Made by a program: the position numbers and the translations under genes
Notes under the pieces: generated by a model
What the model was told of the DNA's origin: nothing
Seen by the model: only the letters and a program-made list of their open reading frames with translations
Databases searched by the model: none
DNA from: Eledone cirrhosa
Taxonomy: Eukaryota
DNA length: 64,000 bases
Direction of reading: 5' to 3'
Assembly: GCA_964016885.1 (NCBI GenBank)
Contig: OZ024747.1
Location: 81,282,001 to 81,346,000, forward strand
Part shown: positions 40,207 to 52,137 of the stretch, in pieces
Numbering within the stretch: position 1 is the stretch's first letter
Layout: every line of letters starts with the position of its first letter

Positions 40207-41498
40207 TCATCATCATCATCGTTTAACGTCCATCTTCCACGCTTTCATGGGTTTGGACGGCAGTTTTCCCACTTGAGGCAAGATTGGTTGACCTGCTCGT
40301 ATAGGACTGTCTGGCGGCATTTCTATGGCTGGATGCCCTTCCTAACACCAACCACGTTTACAGAGTGGACTGGGAGGTTTTTACCGTGTTACCTACACGG
40401 CCACATTACAGCGTGGACTGTGTGTTTTTTTGTCGTGACACCTACAAGACCTCATTTGTTTCGGACTGGATGTTGTGGTACCAACATAACTTCACATTTA
40501 AGGGGGTGGTGTAGATGGGGTGGGGTAGTGGGACGTGGGTGTATTTTGTTAGAGGTGCCTACTGACTGTAGGTTTCGCTTTGTACTTAGGCAAGGCGGGT
40601 CTTCTGTATAACTGTGTAGCGCCAAAGATCTCGGTCCAGTGACATTGTCTTGGAGAGGTGTAAGTGTGTGAGGTCGGAATTTATCAAGTCGTCCCAGGTT
40701 TTTCTGGGTCTGCCTACTCCGTGGCTACCGTCTATTTTTATCGCCCTGCACTTTTTTATACAGCTGTCTTCTTTCATGCGCATCACGTGACCCTACCAAC
40801 GTAATCTTCTCTCGAGTAAACAACATCTGATCCCTCTTATTCCTAATTTCTCCCTTAGTTCGTTTATGCTTTGCCGTTCACGTATATTACTATTACATAT
40901 CCAGCGGAGCATGCAAGCTTCGTTTCTCTCCAGTATGTGTATATCCTCTGCACACAATGCCCAGGTCTCACTGCCATGTAACATTGCTGTTCGTATGCAG
41001 GCATCATACAGCCTGCCTTTCATTTTTAGAGAGAACCCTTTAGCGGCCAATAGTGGTATAAGCTCTCTGAACTTTTTCCATCCCGTTCTGACTCTAGCTA
41101 CTGTACTTTCAGAACACCCTCCACCACTGCTGATTTTGTCACCCAAGTAACGAAAGGTGTCCACTATTTCTATAGAACCATCTGTGCAATGGAATGAGCT
41201 AGTATTCTGTGGGCATTTGCTGCTACTTATTGTACCAGCGCACTGGCCACATATAAAATCTATATTCTTAGTTAACTTACCTGTGATCCCACTACATCTT
41301 TTATGCACCCATACTTTGCATTTGGGACATAAAATAGAGTTTCTGCCTACTCCTTTCCTACACACTGAGCATGGCCATTTCCTGGATGGGACCGGTGCCC
41401 TATTTTCCTTCCTACAAACTAGAACTTTAGTCTTAGACAGGTTAATTTTAAGGCCTTTTGATTCTAGGCCATGCTTCCATGTTTGGAATTCCTTCTCT
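40207..41498 (-). mobile_element. Diverged RTE-PHD LINE subfamily, 5'-truncated, frameshifted
   Basis: ORFs 40793-41530 and 40586-40786 are homologous to copy 1 (CSVCRKGVGRNSILCPKC..HKRC..CGQC); CGAAAT duplicated at 40202-40207 and 41499-41504. Confidence 0.92.
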
Positions 41499-41563
41499 CG
41501 AAATATGTATAATAAAATGTAATTGATCAAAAGAACATCTATTTTATTAATACTTATATTTTA

Positions 41564-41594
<31 letters not shown>

Positions 41595-41699
41595 AATATA
41601 TGTGTAAATGAAGTAATTCCGTCGGAAAAGTCCAGGAAAAAAGAGTGCTCTATGTAGGTAACAGAGCTTAATAGTTATGTAATAAACAACAGAAAGCAA

Positions 41700-41766
41700 T
41701 TATTTCATTTACCAGTGGTTTCTTAAAAGCAAAAAAATTTTGCTTTCAATCATCAGAATGAAAAAA
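41700..41766 (-). ncRNA. Minimal type I hammerhead ribozyme (mirror copy)
   Basis: Reverse complement of 41841-41907. Confidence 0.82.
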
Positions 41767-41840
41767 TCCTGGTGTATTTATTGGCATTGGATTTTAAAAT
41801 CCATTGTTTTTAAAATCCAATGCCAATAAATACACCAGGA

Positions 41841-41907
41841 TTTTTTCATTCTGATGATTGAAAGCAAATTTTTTTTGCTTTTAAGAAACCACTGGTAAAT
41901 GAAATAA
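41841..41907 (+). ncRNA. Minimal type I hammerhead ribozyme
   Basis: TTTTTTCATT CTGATGA TTGAAAGCAAA ttttt TTTGCTTTTAA GAAA CC act GG TA AATGAAATAA; predicted cleavage after GUA at 41897. Confidence 0.85.
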
Positions 41908-41929
41908 TTGCCTTCTGTTGTTTATTACA

Positions 41930-41970
<41 letters not shown>

Positions 41971-42099
41971 AAAATATTAGAATGTGACACTGAGTTATCA
42001 CATTTTACTTTAGTTTCTCAATTCCCCCTTTATATTCACATATTTTACTTTGCTTAAAGAAGGGTTTTTACCATTCCCTTCTTAGCTTAATCAACAATA

Positions 42100-42352
42100 A
42101 CATCATTTTGATACAAAAGAGTCTGAATCTGCCCCTGATTCTATTATAGAAAACTGTTTATTTTAAAGTGTTTCTATTTATCTAAAATCCTTCTATCATA
42201 GTTTTCTCTAAGAACCTTTGTTAAATTATGTTTTAAACATCAGGTTTATAATGACTAAGATATATATTTTAATAAATCACGAAAAATTGTTTTTTATTAT
42301 CAATTTGATTTGAAAATTATAGGCTTTAGAAATATGGTAATGAAAGGGTTCA
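42100..42352. mobile_element. Degenerate MITE of the 26335 family
   Basis: Ends in AGAAATATGGTAATGAAAGGGTT, reverse complement of the 26337 start. Confidence 0.55.
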
Positions 42353-44834
42353 TATAACTTAATTGTACAGATATCAGTATATCATCAAGACTACCTTATA
42401 ATTAAATTAGGCTGCGTTGTTGACTAGAACCAGGTTTGTTCCTGATTGAGAAGACTTAAGACTAAAATATATTAATGCCATAGACATTTTTTAGAGGTAA
42501 TATATCCAGGACTACACTATCTTTTTTCTTCTGTCTGTTGTTTTACAATACCTAGTGTTACATCATTTAATGTGCATTCCATTATTTAAGAAAGTGGTGT
42601 TTGATTTGAGAGATATCTGGCTACTATTTCTAGAAGGTTGAACATCACATAGAGGTTTGTTTAGTTGTTTTCTCCCAGCTCAATTCTAATTAAGCAGATC
42701 TTTGATCAGAAGCATTCCTCTAGAACAACGTTATCTAATGTGCCTTTCCTTATAGGGATATTGACTTGATAGCTATTTCTTGAGTCTCATGCAATTATGT
42801 ATAAGCTATGTAGGAAGGTGTTATCACACAATAATTGCTTCAACTTTGAACCTCAGCTTATAAGAATGATGCTTAGTCATAGAGTATATCTTAAGGGATA
42901 TATTTGAAATATACTTGTCTTTAGATTCCTCTAAAGACATGGAACTATAAATGTTATATTTCTTTTGATCTATCAAAAAGAAAAATACTTGGTCATAATC
43001 AACAAAGATTAATCTGTTTTTATTAACATAAAGAAAACCTTGCATTGATCTAACAACTTCTTCCTAAGTATTTGTGGGGGCTACTACAAACATGGTTACT
43101 TTTTATACTCTACCTATTGACAAATAATTTCCCCAGCATGTTCAAAACTAAATAGATATAAAAATACCTTTGTAATAGTAGCCTAGTTCTCATGAATATT
43201 ATCTGTTGAAAAGTTAAGTGTTAGTACCCAATAGTTTCTCTCCAAATAATTCTTTAGCTTCATATCTGATCAGTCAAAATTAGTTAAGCATAATAACGAG
43301 TTACAAAATCCAATTACCACGGAGTAGTAACCAGGCCAAATTAGTTTATCACCTCAGATGATAAACAAATTAAATTAATTTGCTACATCGAGTTATTCTT
43401 TATCTAATTTGTCTGCATTCAGATTCTTCTAAGGCTGACGTAACCTTTCAAACTTTAAATATATCTGATGAAGGCAATTCCCAAACAAGAAAGGCATCTG
43501 CTCCAAAACGTACTCTTCATTACAGAATAGAGAGCACAGTAAACTGAGATAATTGGGGAGGAGGTCTAGCAGCCTTTTGTTGCTGTTACCAAAAACTACC
43601 AGAGATACAATAAATAAGTATTAGTAAGAGTTCATATTATTTATGAAGAAAACCTTTTTGAGAAGCATCTAAAAATACATACTCTACATCTATTTTGACA
43701 TATTAGTTTGTATTCAGAAGTCAATCTTAAAAGCTAAACTAAGAATAATACAAAACAATTGATATCTAATGATAAAGTAAAGAAAACAAAAACAATAATA
43801 TACAAACAAAACCGGGATCTAAGAGGTCAGAGAAATATTTGAACTTTTAGAAGAATCTACACACAAGATGATGGGCAGAACAGAAAAATGGATATAAATG
43901 AATGCACTGAGGTGGGTGTTGGGAGGAGGAATGGATTTCTTATTTTTAATACATGGGATTTGGTGAACAAACATTATTGAAATCATCTACTAGGAAACTA
44001 GCCACTGTTGTCAAAAAGAATCTCTTTGAGTGTCTCAAACTGTCACATCATAATATGTAATATCAGAAAAACCGATAACCCAGTTGTGATATTATATATC
44101 AGAAACCTGATAACTAACCATTTTGTTGTAATATTACAAAGCTGATAGCTAATAATTTTGCCAAGATAACTTCAGGAGTGATATTATTGGAATAACAAAA
44201 AAAATAAATAAATTAATAAATAAAATTTTAAAAAATAAATGAAATAGAAGTAAAAACAAATAAACTAACCATGTTACAATATTGAGTGCTGTAAGAAGAT
44301 AAGAGAGAATTGAAAATGGAAAACTGACGTGTGCAGGCAGATTACAATATCTAACAAAATTATTGTGAGAAACGAAGGCATTTGGCAAGATTTACACCTA
44401 CACACACACACATGTACACATACACACACAAAACATAACTAACCTGAATCTTTAGTATATTCAGTATTTTTGATACTTTTAGTGGCTTTGTTGCCCTTAG
44501 TACGTTTTTTACCTTTACGGGCAGAATCTTTTTTGGGCTTTTTAGTGGGTTTGATAGATTTATTATCATCTGAAGAAAGAGAAAAAGTGAAATATTTTAT
44601 GCGAATTTTTTTTTAGTATATTTAATTGGAGAAATAAATGATATGCAGACACACACTCTTTGCATAATATCACTGTTAGAAAGAGATAATATTTTAAGTT
44701 TGTATCCAGTATAAGACAACAAAATAAAAAAAATTTAAATAAAAATGCATAGGCCATGTGAATATTTTTTTTAAGTATGAGCTCAGCCATATTTTGCCGT
44801 GTGTGTGCGTGTATATTTACTTATATATATATTT

Positions 44835-45135
44835 CAAGGAAACAACAAACAGAGGTACAAAAAGTCTTATTAGTTTCACGCTTTATATGGAAAAGGGGAG
44901 GAAAGTGCAATATGCCGGGCTTTAGCCCTTCTTCAGGAGTACAAAAATAGAGACAGGGTCACAAAGGATAGAGACAGAAAATGAAGGTTGTCCAAGTAAT
45001 GAAAAATAATCGAAAATAGAGAGAGTAAATAAAACAAACCATTAGGTAGTCTTGGTAATGATTTTGGAATGCAAAGTGATGTGTGAGTGTATATTTAGAC
45101 GTGTGTTTTATTAGGTATATTGTGTGTTTATTTAC
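44835..45135 (-). mobile_element. Possible Penelope pLTR with degenerate hammerhead
   Basis: Minus strand ACTC CTGAAGA AGGGC taaa GCCC GGCA (expected GAAA) at 44910-44940. Confidence 0.4.
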
Positions 45136-45150
45136 ATATATATATATATA

Positions 45151-47028
45151 GAGGACCAGAAACAGGAGGTATTCAAGATTGCGAGGCAGTGTGTCAGAGA
45201 TAGTTGTGATGTCATTGGAGAGAAGTGTATCCGGAATGATAAAGGTGAGCTTGCCCTCACAAGTGCTGAGAAGAAAGATGCATGGAAGAGTCATTATGAT
45301 AGATTACTAAATGAGGAGAATGCATGGGAAGAAGAGACCCTACCCCACGTAGACCCTATAGAGGGACCAGCAGTACAAGTCAGCGGCAGCGTAGTAAGTA
45401 AGGCAATCAGAGATATGAAGATAGGGAAGGCAACCGGTCCATCGGGTATAGCTGCCGAGATGCTGAAGGCATCTGGGTCTGTAGGTCACACTATAACCAC
45501 ACGTATCGTTAACCAGGTAATACTAGAGGGGGCCATACCAAAAGATTGGTGCAGTAGCATCATTGTCAACTGCTACAAAGGTAAAGGCGATGCACTAGAT
45601 AGAGGAAACTATAGAGGTATAAAGTTGATGGACCAGGTCATGAAAGTAACAGAAAGAGTTATAGCACAGCTGATTAGGGACCGGGTGAATATAGACGAGA
45701 TGCAATTTGGGTTTGTACCAGGGAAAGGCACCACTGATGCCCTCTTCCTTGTGAGGCAATTACAGGAAAAGTACCTAGCTAAAAGTAAGCCACTCTACTT
45801 GGCATTTGTCGACCTTGAGAAAGCCTTTGACAGAGTTCCACGTGCAGTAATCTGGTGGGCTCTTAGAAAACTAGGAGTAGATGAATGGCTTGTGAAAGCG
45901 GTACAAGCCATGTATAGGGGAGCAGTCAGCAAAGTTAGGATTGGCAATGAGTATAGCGAGGAATTTAGCGTACAGGTTGGGGTCCACCAGGGCTCTGTTC
46001 TTAGCCCTCTCCTGTTCATCATAGTCCTGCAGGCAATAACGGAGGAGTTTAAGACCGGATGCCCATGGGAACTCCTGTATGCTGATGACCTCGCACTCAT
46101 AGCTGAATCTATGGTAGAACTAGAGAATAAATTCCAAACCTGGAAGCAGGGACTAGAGAGAAAGGGCCTCAAAGTCAACATGACAAAGACTAAGGTCCTT
46201 ATAAGTAGACGAGAAAACAGAACCCAGATCCCCTCAGGGAAATGGCCTTGCTCAGTATGTAGGAAAGGTGTAGGTAGGAACTCCATTCTTTGCCCCAAAT
46301 GCAAACAATGGGTACACAAGAGATGTAGCGGGATCTCAGGAAGCTTAATTAAGAATGTAGGATTCACATGCAGCAGCTGTGCTGAAACAGCAAGCAAACA
46401 GCCACAGGAAACAAGTACCACCAATCTCTGGGAGGGCCCTGTAGAAACAGTAGACAGCTTCTGCTACCTAGGTGACCGAATTAGCAACGGAGGTGGGTGC
46501 TCAGAAAGTACAATAACTAGGGTAAGAACGGGATGGAAGAAGTTTAGGGAACTACTACCACTGCTAGCTGCAAAAGGCTTCTCCCTCAGAATGAAAGGCA
46601 GACTGTATGATGCGTGTATCCGAACAGCGATGTTGCATGGTAGTGAGACCTGGGCGCTGAAGGTGGAAGACTTACGTAGATTAGAGAGAAACGAAGCCTG
46701 CATGCTCCGATGGATGTGTAACAGTAATATACGTGAACGACAAAGCATAAATGAATTGAGAGAGAGACTGAGCATAAGAGGAATCAAATGCTGCGTGCAG
46801 GAGAGGCGGCTACGCTGGTATGGACATGTGATGCGTATGAAGGATGACAGCTGCAGAGCACTAGAAGTTGATGGAAACCGCGGAGTGGGGAGACCCAAGA
46901 TGACTTGGGATGAGGTGATAAAAGCCGACCTTACCCAACTACACCTCTCAAAGTCAATGACACACGACCGTGACTTCTGGCGTCACGCAGTAATACAGGG
47001 TACCCGACCTCCCATGGGTACATGCTGA
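45151..47028 (+). CDS. Non-LTR RT + PHD finger ORF remnant
   Basis: YADD and QGSVLSP motifs; C4HC3 finger. Confidence 0.9.
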   Translation, partial: EDQKQEVFKIARQCVRDSCDVIGEKCIRNDKGELALTSAEKKDAWKSHYDRLLNEENAWEEETLPHVDPIEGPAVQVSGSVVSKAIRDMKIGKATGPSGIAAEMLKASGSVGHTITTRIVNQVILEGAIPKDWCSSIIVNCYKGKGDALDRGNYRGIKLMDQVMKVTERVIAQLIRDRVNIDEMQFGFVPGKGTTDALFLVRQLQEKYLAKSKPLYLAFVDLEKAFDRVPRAVIWWALRKLGVDEWLVKAVQAMYRGAVSKVRIGNEYSEEFSVQVGVHQGSVLSPLLFIIVLQAITEEFKTGCPWELLYADDLALIAESMVELENKFQTWKQGLERKGLKVNMTKTKVLISRRENRTQIPSGKWPCSVCRKGVGRNSILCPKCKQWVHKRCSGISGSLIKNVGFTCSSCAETASKQPQETSTTNLWEGPVETVDSFCYLGDRISNGGGCSESTITRVRTGWKKFRELLPLLAAKGFSLRMKGRLYDACIRTAMLHGSETWALKVEDLRRLERNEACMLRWMCNSNIRERQSINELRERLSIRGIKCCVQERRLRWYGHVMRMKDDSCRALEVDGNRGVGRPKMTWDEVIKADLTQLHLSKSMTHDRDFWRHAVIQGTRPPMGTC

Positions 47029-47333
47029 AGCATATAAACAATATGCCCCCCCCCCCCCACTGCAAGGTGGTCGTGGAGGTGCCACGGCAAAAAAGCACCC
47101 AGCCCACACTGTAAAGTGGACGTGTAGGCGCCACGAAAAAGCACCCAGCACTCACTGTAAATGAGGTTGGTGTTAGGAAGGGCATCCAGCTGTAGAAATC
47201 AAGCCAGATCAGTTCCTGTATGAGCAAGGCATGGTCAGCCGACCAGACACTGCCCACAACAGGACAACCCGTCTAACCCATGCTAGCGTGGAAGAACGGA
47301 CGTAAAACGGTGATGATGATGATGATGATGATG
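45151..47333 (+). mobile_element. RTE-PHD LINE copy 2, 5'-truncated, open reading frame
   Basis: 634-aa ORF whose first 9 codons come from flanking (TA)n; in-frame 12-bp deletion near 46853; (GAT)n tail. Confidence 0.96.
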
Positions 47334-47379
47334 AGTTAATACGCAGCATTGTGAAATATATAACAAATGATCGATAATT

Positions 47380-47685
47380 TTCAAAACCCAGTATAATGCG
47401 ATAAAAAATTACAAAGGGTAAATGTTGACAAATAAAACAAAACAAAGTAATATTTTACCCAGTGTATTTCAACTTGATATTTCAGGGCTATAACCCTCTT
47501 TTCAAATTTGAAGCTGAAATAGTGCAAACAAACAACTCATCGATGTGTTTTTTCTCAACTCAAAGGAGGATAATAACTCTGAAATATCATGTTGAAATAT
47601 ACTGGGTAAGACATGACTTTATTTTGTTTTATTTGTCATCCTTTTCCCTTTATATATTTCTACCACATTGTACCAGCTTTTTGAA
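47380..47685. repeat. Degenerate ~120-bp inverted repeat (MITE/fold-back)
   Basis: TGACAAATAAAACAAAACAAAGT..TTACCCAGTGTATTTCAACTTGATATTTCAG pairs with CTGAAATATCATGTTGAAATATACTGGGTAA..ACTTTATTTTGTTTTATTTGTCA. Confidence 0.7.
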
Positions 47686-47971
47686 TATTATTGGTATTTT
47701 ATTACATATATATATATGTGTGTGTGTATATTGCATAGTAAATGCAGACAATGGATGCTATATGCTCTCTATTGCTTTAAGTGTGGCAGAAACTTAAGTA
47801 TGGGTATAAATTTATGGCACCCATTTACGTGTGTTGTATCAAGACAAATAACTTTGTGTCTACTCTGGGATTTATACATAACCTACCTATTGAGTCTGCT
47901 GAGATGCAACCAGTACTAGCAGGGAAACCTTATGCAGGTCCCATTAGCCTCTTTTATATATATATAATATA

Positions 47972-48770
47972 TTTAATTAGGAATATACTCAGGTATTTCC
48001 TAATGTTTGTTGAGTGAGTTGGAATTTGGCCGGAGTATCGCTATTAGCTTTCTCCGATTATATATTTATATATTTACTCTTGGTGCAACGGATATGAACT
48101 TTCCCAATATAAGGTATGACTCTCTTTGCTTATTTTTTTATATGAATATTGATTGTGTGTTCTTGTATCTCATTCTGTTATTTTGCCCGAGAAAATATCT
48201 GTGTGTGTCATCCAGCGATGCGCACATATGGTTATTTTTTCAAATCCAATTGAGTTCTAGCACGTGGCTTAAATTCTTTTCAGAATTCATTGACCTGTGC
48301 ATGTATTGTTTTTTGGCGGTAATCTCCTTCCACCTATTTTCGAGACAGTGTGAGATTTTCTTTAGAACTGCTGGACTAACAACCTAGTAGCTCCCTCAAG
48401 CAATGATGGTGATTATCGCTAAATATTGATGTTGATTTGGTTATTAATATTAATATTATTGGGCACCCACTGAAGAATTATAAGAACCCACTTGAATAAG
48501 CATCTGTTGATCTTATACAAGCTTCTACATAAATTGGTATAATTTCACCCAACTGGTAGAAATCTTATAATGAAACGAGACGTCCGTCTGGGAAGAGATA
48601 TATTTGATATGTCTCATATGAAATAATACAGCCAATTTTCCAGACAATACAATTAGTTAGCAACCCCGAACGTTTAATTAGGAATATACTCACTTATTTC
48701 CTAATGTTTGTTGAGTGAGTTGGAATTTGGCTGGAGTATCGCGATTAGCTTTCTCCGATTATGTATTTAT
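47972..48770. mobile_element. Unclassified element with ~95-bp direct terminal repeats
   Basis: TTTAATTAGGAATATACTCA..GTTGAGTGAGTTGGAATTTGGC..TTAGCTTTCTCCGATTAT at 47972-48070 and 48673-48770. Confidence 0.6.
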
Positions 48771-48792
48771 ATATATATATATATATATATAG

Positions 48793-48995
48793 AGGAAAAT
48801 AGTCAGGAGCCCGATGGCTGAGTTCTGGCCATTTTGATAGCTAGATCTATCTGTCAAAACGGCCGGAGCTCAGCCTTCGGGGTCCTGACTATTTTCCTAT
48901 TACCTACTTCGGGGTCCTGACTATTTTCCTACTACACTAACTATTGAGTACTCTCGTGTGTTATGGTCCACCTGGTACCTTACCCACCCTCTGTT
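48793..48995 (+). mobile_element. Family B-related palindromic element
   Basis: Imperfect palindrome 48793-48898; 25-bp tandem duplication (48875-48899 / 48907-48931); tail TATTGAGTACT..GTTATGGTCCACCTGGT shared with 6800 and 17932. Confidence 0.75.
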
Positions 48996-49127
48996 ATATA
49001 TATATATATATATATATATAAGTGAACAAATGGTGTTTCTACTCATAAAATAAAAGTTAACAACACAAATGTAGTCACTTGCATTGCCTATAAATTGTAA
49101 TAAGTCTCTGTATATATGTCCAAATAA

Positions 49128-50932
49128 CATCATCATCATCATCATCACCGTTTTACGTCCGTTCTTCCACGCTAGCATGGGTTAGACGGGTTGTCCTGTT
49201 GTGGGCAGTGTCTGGTCGGCTGACCATGCCTTGCTCATACAGGAACTGATCTGGCTTGATTTCTACAGCTGGATGCCCTTCCTAACACCAACCTCATTTA
49301 CAGTGAGTGCTGGGTGCTTTTTCGTGGCGCCTACACGTCCACTTTACAGTGTGGGCTGGGTGCTTTTTTGCCGTGGCACCTCCACGACCACCTTGCGGTG
49401 GGGGGGGGGGCATATTGTTTATATGCTTCAGCATGTACCCATGGGAGGTCGGGTACCCTGTATTACTGCGTGACGCCAGAAGTCACGGTCGTGTGTCATT
49501 GACTTTGAGAGGTGTAGTTGGGTAAGGTCGGCTTTTATCACCTCATCCCAAGTCATCTTGGGTCTCCCCACTCCGCGGTTTCCATCAACTTCTAGTGCTC
49601 TGCACCTTTTTATGCAGCTGTCATCCTTCATACGCATCACATGTCCATACCAGCGTAACCGCCTCTCCTGCACGCAGCATTTGATTCCTCTTATGCTCAG
49701 TCTCTCTCTCAATTCATTTATGCTTTGTCGTTCACGTATATTACTGTTACACATCCATCGGAGCATGCAGGCTTCGTTTCTCTCTAATCTACGTAAGTCT
49801 TCCACCTTCAGCGCCCAGGTCTCACTACCATGCAACATCGCTGTTCGGATACACGCATCATACAGTCTGCCTTTCATTCTGAGGGAGAAGCCTTTTGCAG
49901 CTAGCAGTGGTAGTAGTTCCCTAAACTTCTTCCATCCCGTTCTTACCCTAGTTATTGTACTTTCTGAGCACCCACCTCCGTTGCTAATTCGGTCACCTAG
50001 GTAGCAGAAGCTGTCTACTGTTTCTACAGGGCCCTCCCAGAGATTGGTGGTACTTGTTTCCTGTGGCTGTTTGCTTGCTGTTTCAGCACAGCTGCTGCAT
50101 GTGAATCCTACATTCTTAATTAAGCTTCCTGAGATCCCGCTACATCTCTTGTGTACCCATTGTTTGCATTTGGGGCAAAGAATGGAGTTCCTACCTACAC
50201 CTTTCCTACATACTGAGCAAGGCCATTTCCCTGAGGGGATCTGGGTTCTGTTTTCTCGTCTACTTATAAGGACCTTAGTCTTTGTCATGTTGACTTTGAG
50301 GCCCTTTCTCTCTAGTCCCTGCTTCCAGGTTTGGAATTTATTCTCTAGTTCTACCATAGATTCAGCTATGAGTGCGAGGTCATCAGCATACAGGAGTTCC
50401 CATGGGCATCCGGTCTTAAACTCCTCCGTTATTGCCTGCAGGACTATGATGAACAGGAGAGGGCTAAGAACAGAGCCCTGGTGGACCCCAACCTGTACGC
50501 TAAATTCCTCGCTATACTCATTGCCAATCCTAACTTTGCTGACTGCTCCCCTATACATGGCTTGTACCGCTTTCACAAGCCATTCATCTACTCCTAGTTT
50601 TCTAAGAGCCCACCAGATTACTGCACGTGGAACTCTGTCAAAGGCTTTCTCAAGGTCGACAAATGCCAAGTAGAGTGGCTTACTTTTAGCTAGGTACTTT
50701 TCCTGTAATTGCCTCACAAGGAAGAGCGCATCAGTGGTGCCTTTCCCTGGAACAAACCCAAATTGCATCTCGTCTATATTCACCCGGTCCCTAATCAGCT
50801 GTGCTATAACTCTTTCTGTTACTTTCATGACCTGGTCCATCAACTTTATACCTCTATAGTTTCCTCTATCTAGTGCATCGCCTTTACCTTTGTAGCAGTT
50901 GACAATGATGCTACTGCACCAATCTTTTGGTA
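49128..50932 (-). mobile_element. RTE-PHD LINE copy 3, 5'-truncated
   Basis: 471-aa ORF 49428-50843 virtually identical to copies 1 and 2. Confidence 0.96.
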
Positions 50933-52073
50933 GTAATTGGTTATAAATAGGAGATTATAACTAAATTGTGTTACAAGCTATGCTAATTTACTGTTAATTT
51001 TATCAACAGGAGTAGCAAATCCATACTTTAAAAATACACTCTTATACTGATAAATTGTCATGTTGCATTCTTTCCCTAAATGTTTTACTATAACTATGAT
51101 AACTGATATAATGTGCACCTGAACTTTAGAACTGAACACCAGTCCCAATTATTTCCACTTGAGGGTTTTCACTGATATACTTGTAGTTTATAGTTTATCA
51201 AATGTTACCTTACCAAAATCATATCCTTCTACATCTCTCTTTCTCTCCTCCTCCATATATCTCTTTCTCTCCCTCTTCCTCTCCTCCTTCATATATCTCT
51301 CTTTCTGCCAATGTTTTCTGATTAACATTCTCCTCTCCACCTGCAGCCATTCAAACTAAACATCAAGATATCAAATACAGTAATCTCATCTAAACTAAGA
51401 GGATCTAACATGGCTATTGATTCTGTTTTTCCTCCCTCTTTATTGTTGATACTTTCTCAACTTGATAACAAAACAAATGAAAACAACAAAGATGTTATAA
51501 AAAAGTTTCATTACTTAAAAACGAAATATTTGTGTAGTTTTGTTGATCTTTCTTCACTATCATTGAATGATTCTGTTCACAAGTTTGTAGATATAAGTCT
51601 TTAGTTATACGGTCAATTTTATGGAGAGTAAATATCTATGATATACATATGCAAGCAAACTTCCGTTTTATGTTTTGAAAGGGAAGAAATATGATCCATA
51701 AAAACTGTAGATTATTAAGTCTATAATGTATGCTCTGCAATGTTTTTGAGTCGTTTAAGAAAGAGAATTATAGCTGAAACTCATTGAACAATGAAATTCT
51801 GAATTTCTTTCAAAAGATAAAAGATCAACATTTGCAACTAAGCCAATTCTGGCATTTTTTTCCTTAATACCCATTCCGTGCCATACTGCACATTAGTTTG
51901 TTCTTGAACAGTTTCAGTAGCATATCAGTTTTTTTCTCTAAGAAAGCGTTGTTAGCTCCTCATTCAACACTTCATTCTTCAAAAAAGACTTGCTGTGAGT
52001 GGTCCACCATAATTCTTTTCAGAATGCAGCATTGCTTATTCTTAGAAAAAGGGAGAACAAGACAGACATACAA

Positions 52074-52137
<64 letters not shown>

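Larger units (their letters stand above)
37975..41567 (+). mobile_element. Penelope-like element with inverted 5' pLTR, GIY-YIG C-terminal remnant and 3' pLTR split by a LINE
   Basis: 38072-38389 is the reverse complement of 39956-40207 plus 41499-41567; both carry a hammerhead; peptide CPLCTMETLLI..LINKKSELFSSCLH at 38390-38570. Confidence 0.82.
41600..41936. mobile_element. Family A palindromic element with hammerheads on both strands
   Basis: Arms 41671-41799 / 41808-41936 nearly perfectly complementary; extra tail 41600-41670. Confidence 0.82.

Noticed and set aside
44565-44605. CTGAAGA...GAAA hammerhead candidate
   Set aside because: The intervening AAGAGAAAAAGT cannot form stem II
45124-45150. 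Start codon of the 634-aa ORF
   Set aside because: GTG in flanking microsatellite; the element is 5'-truncated and has no native start
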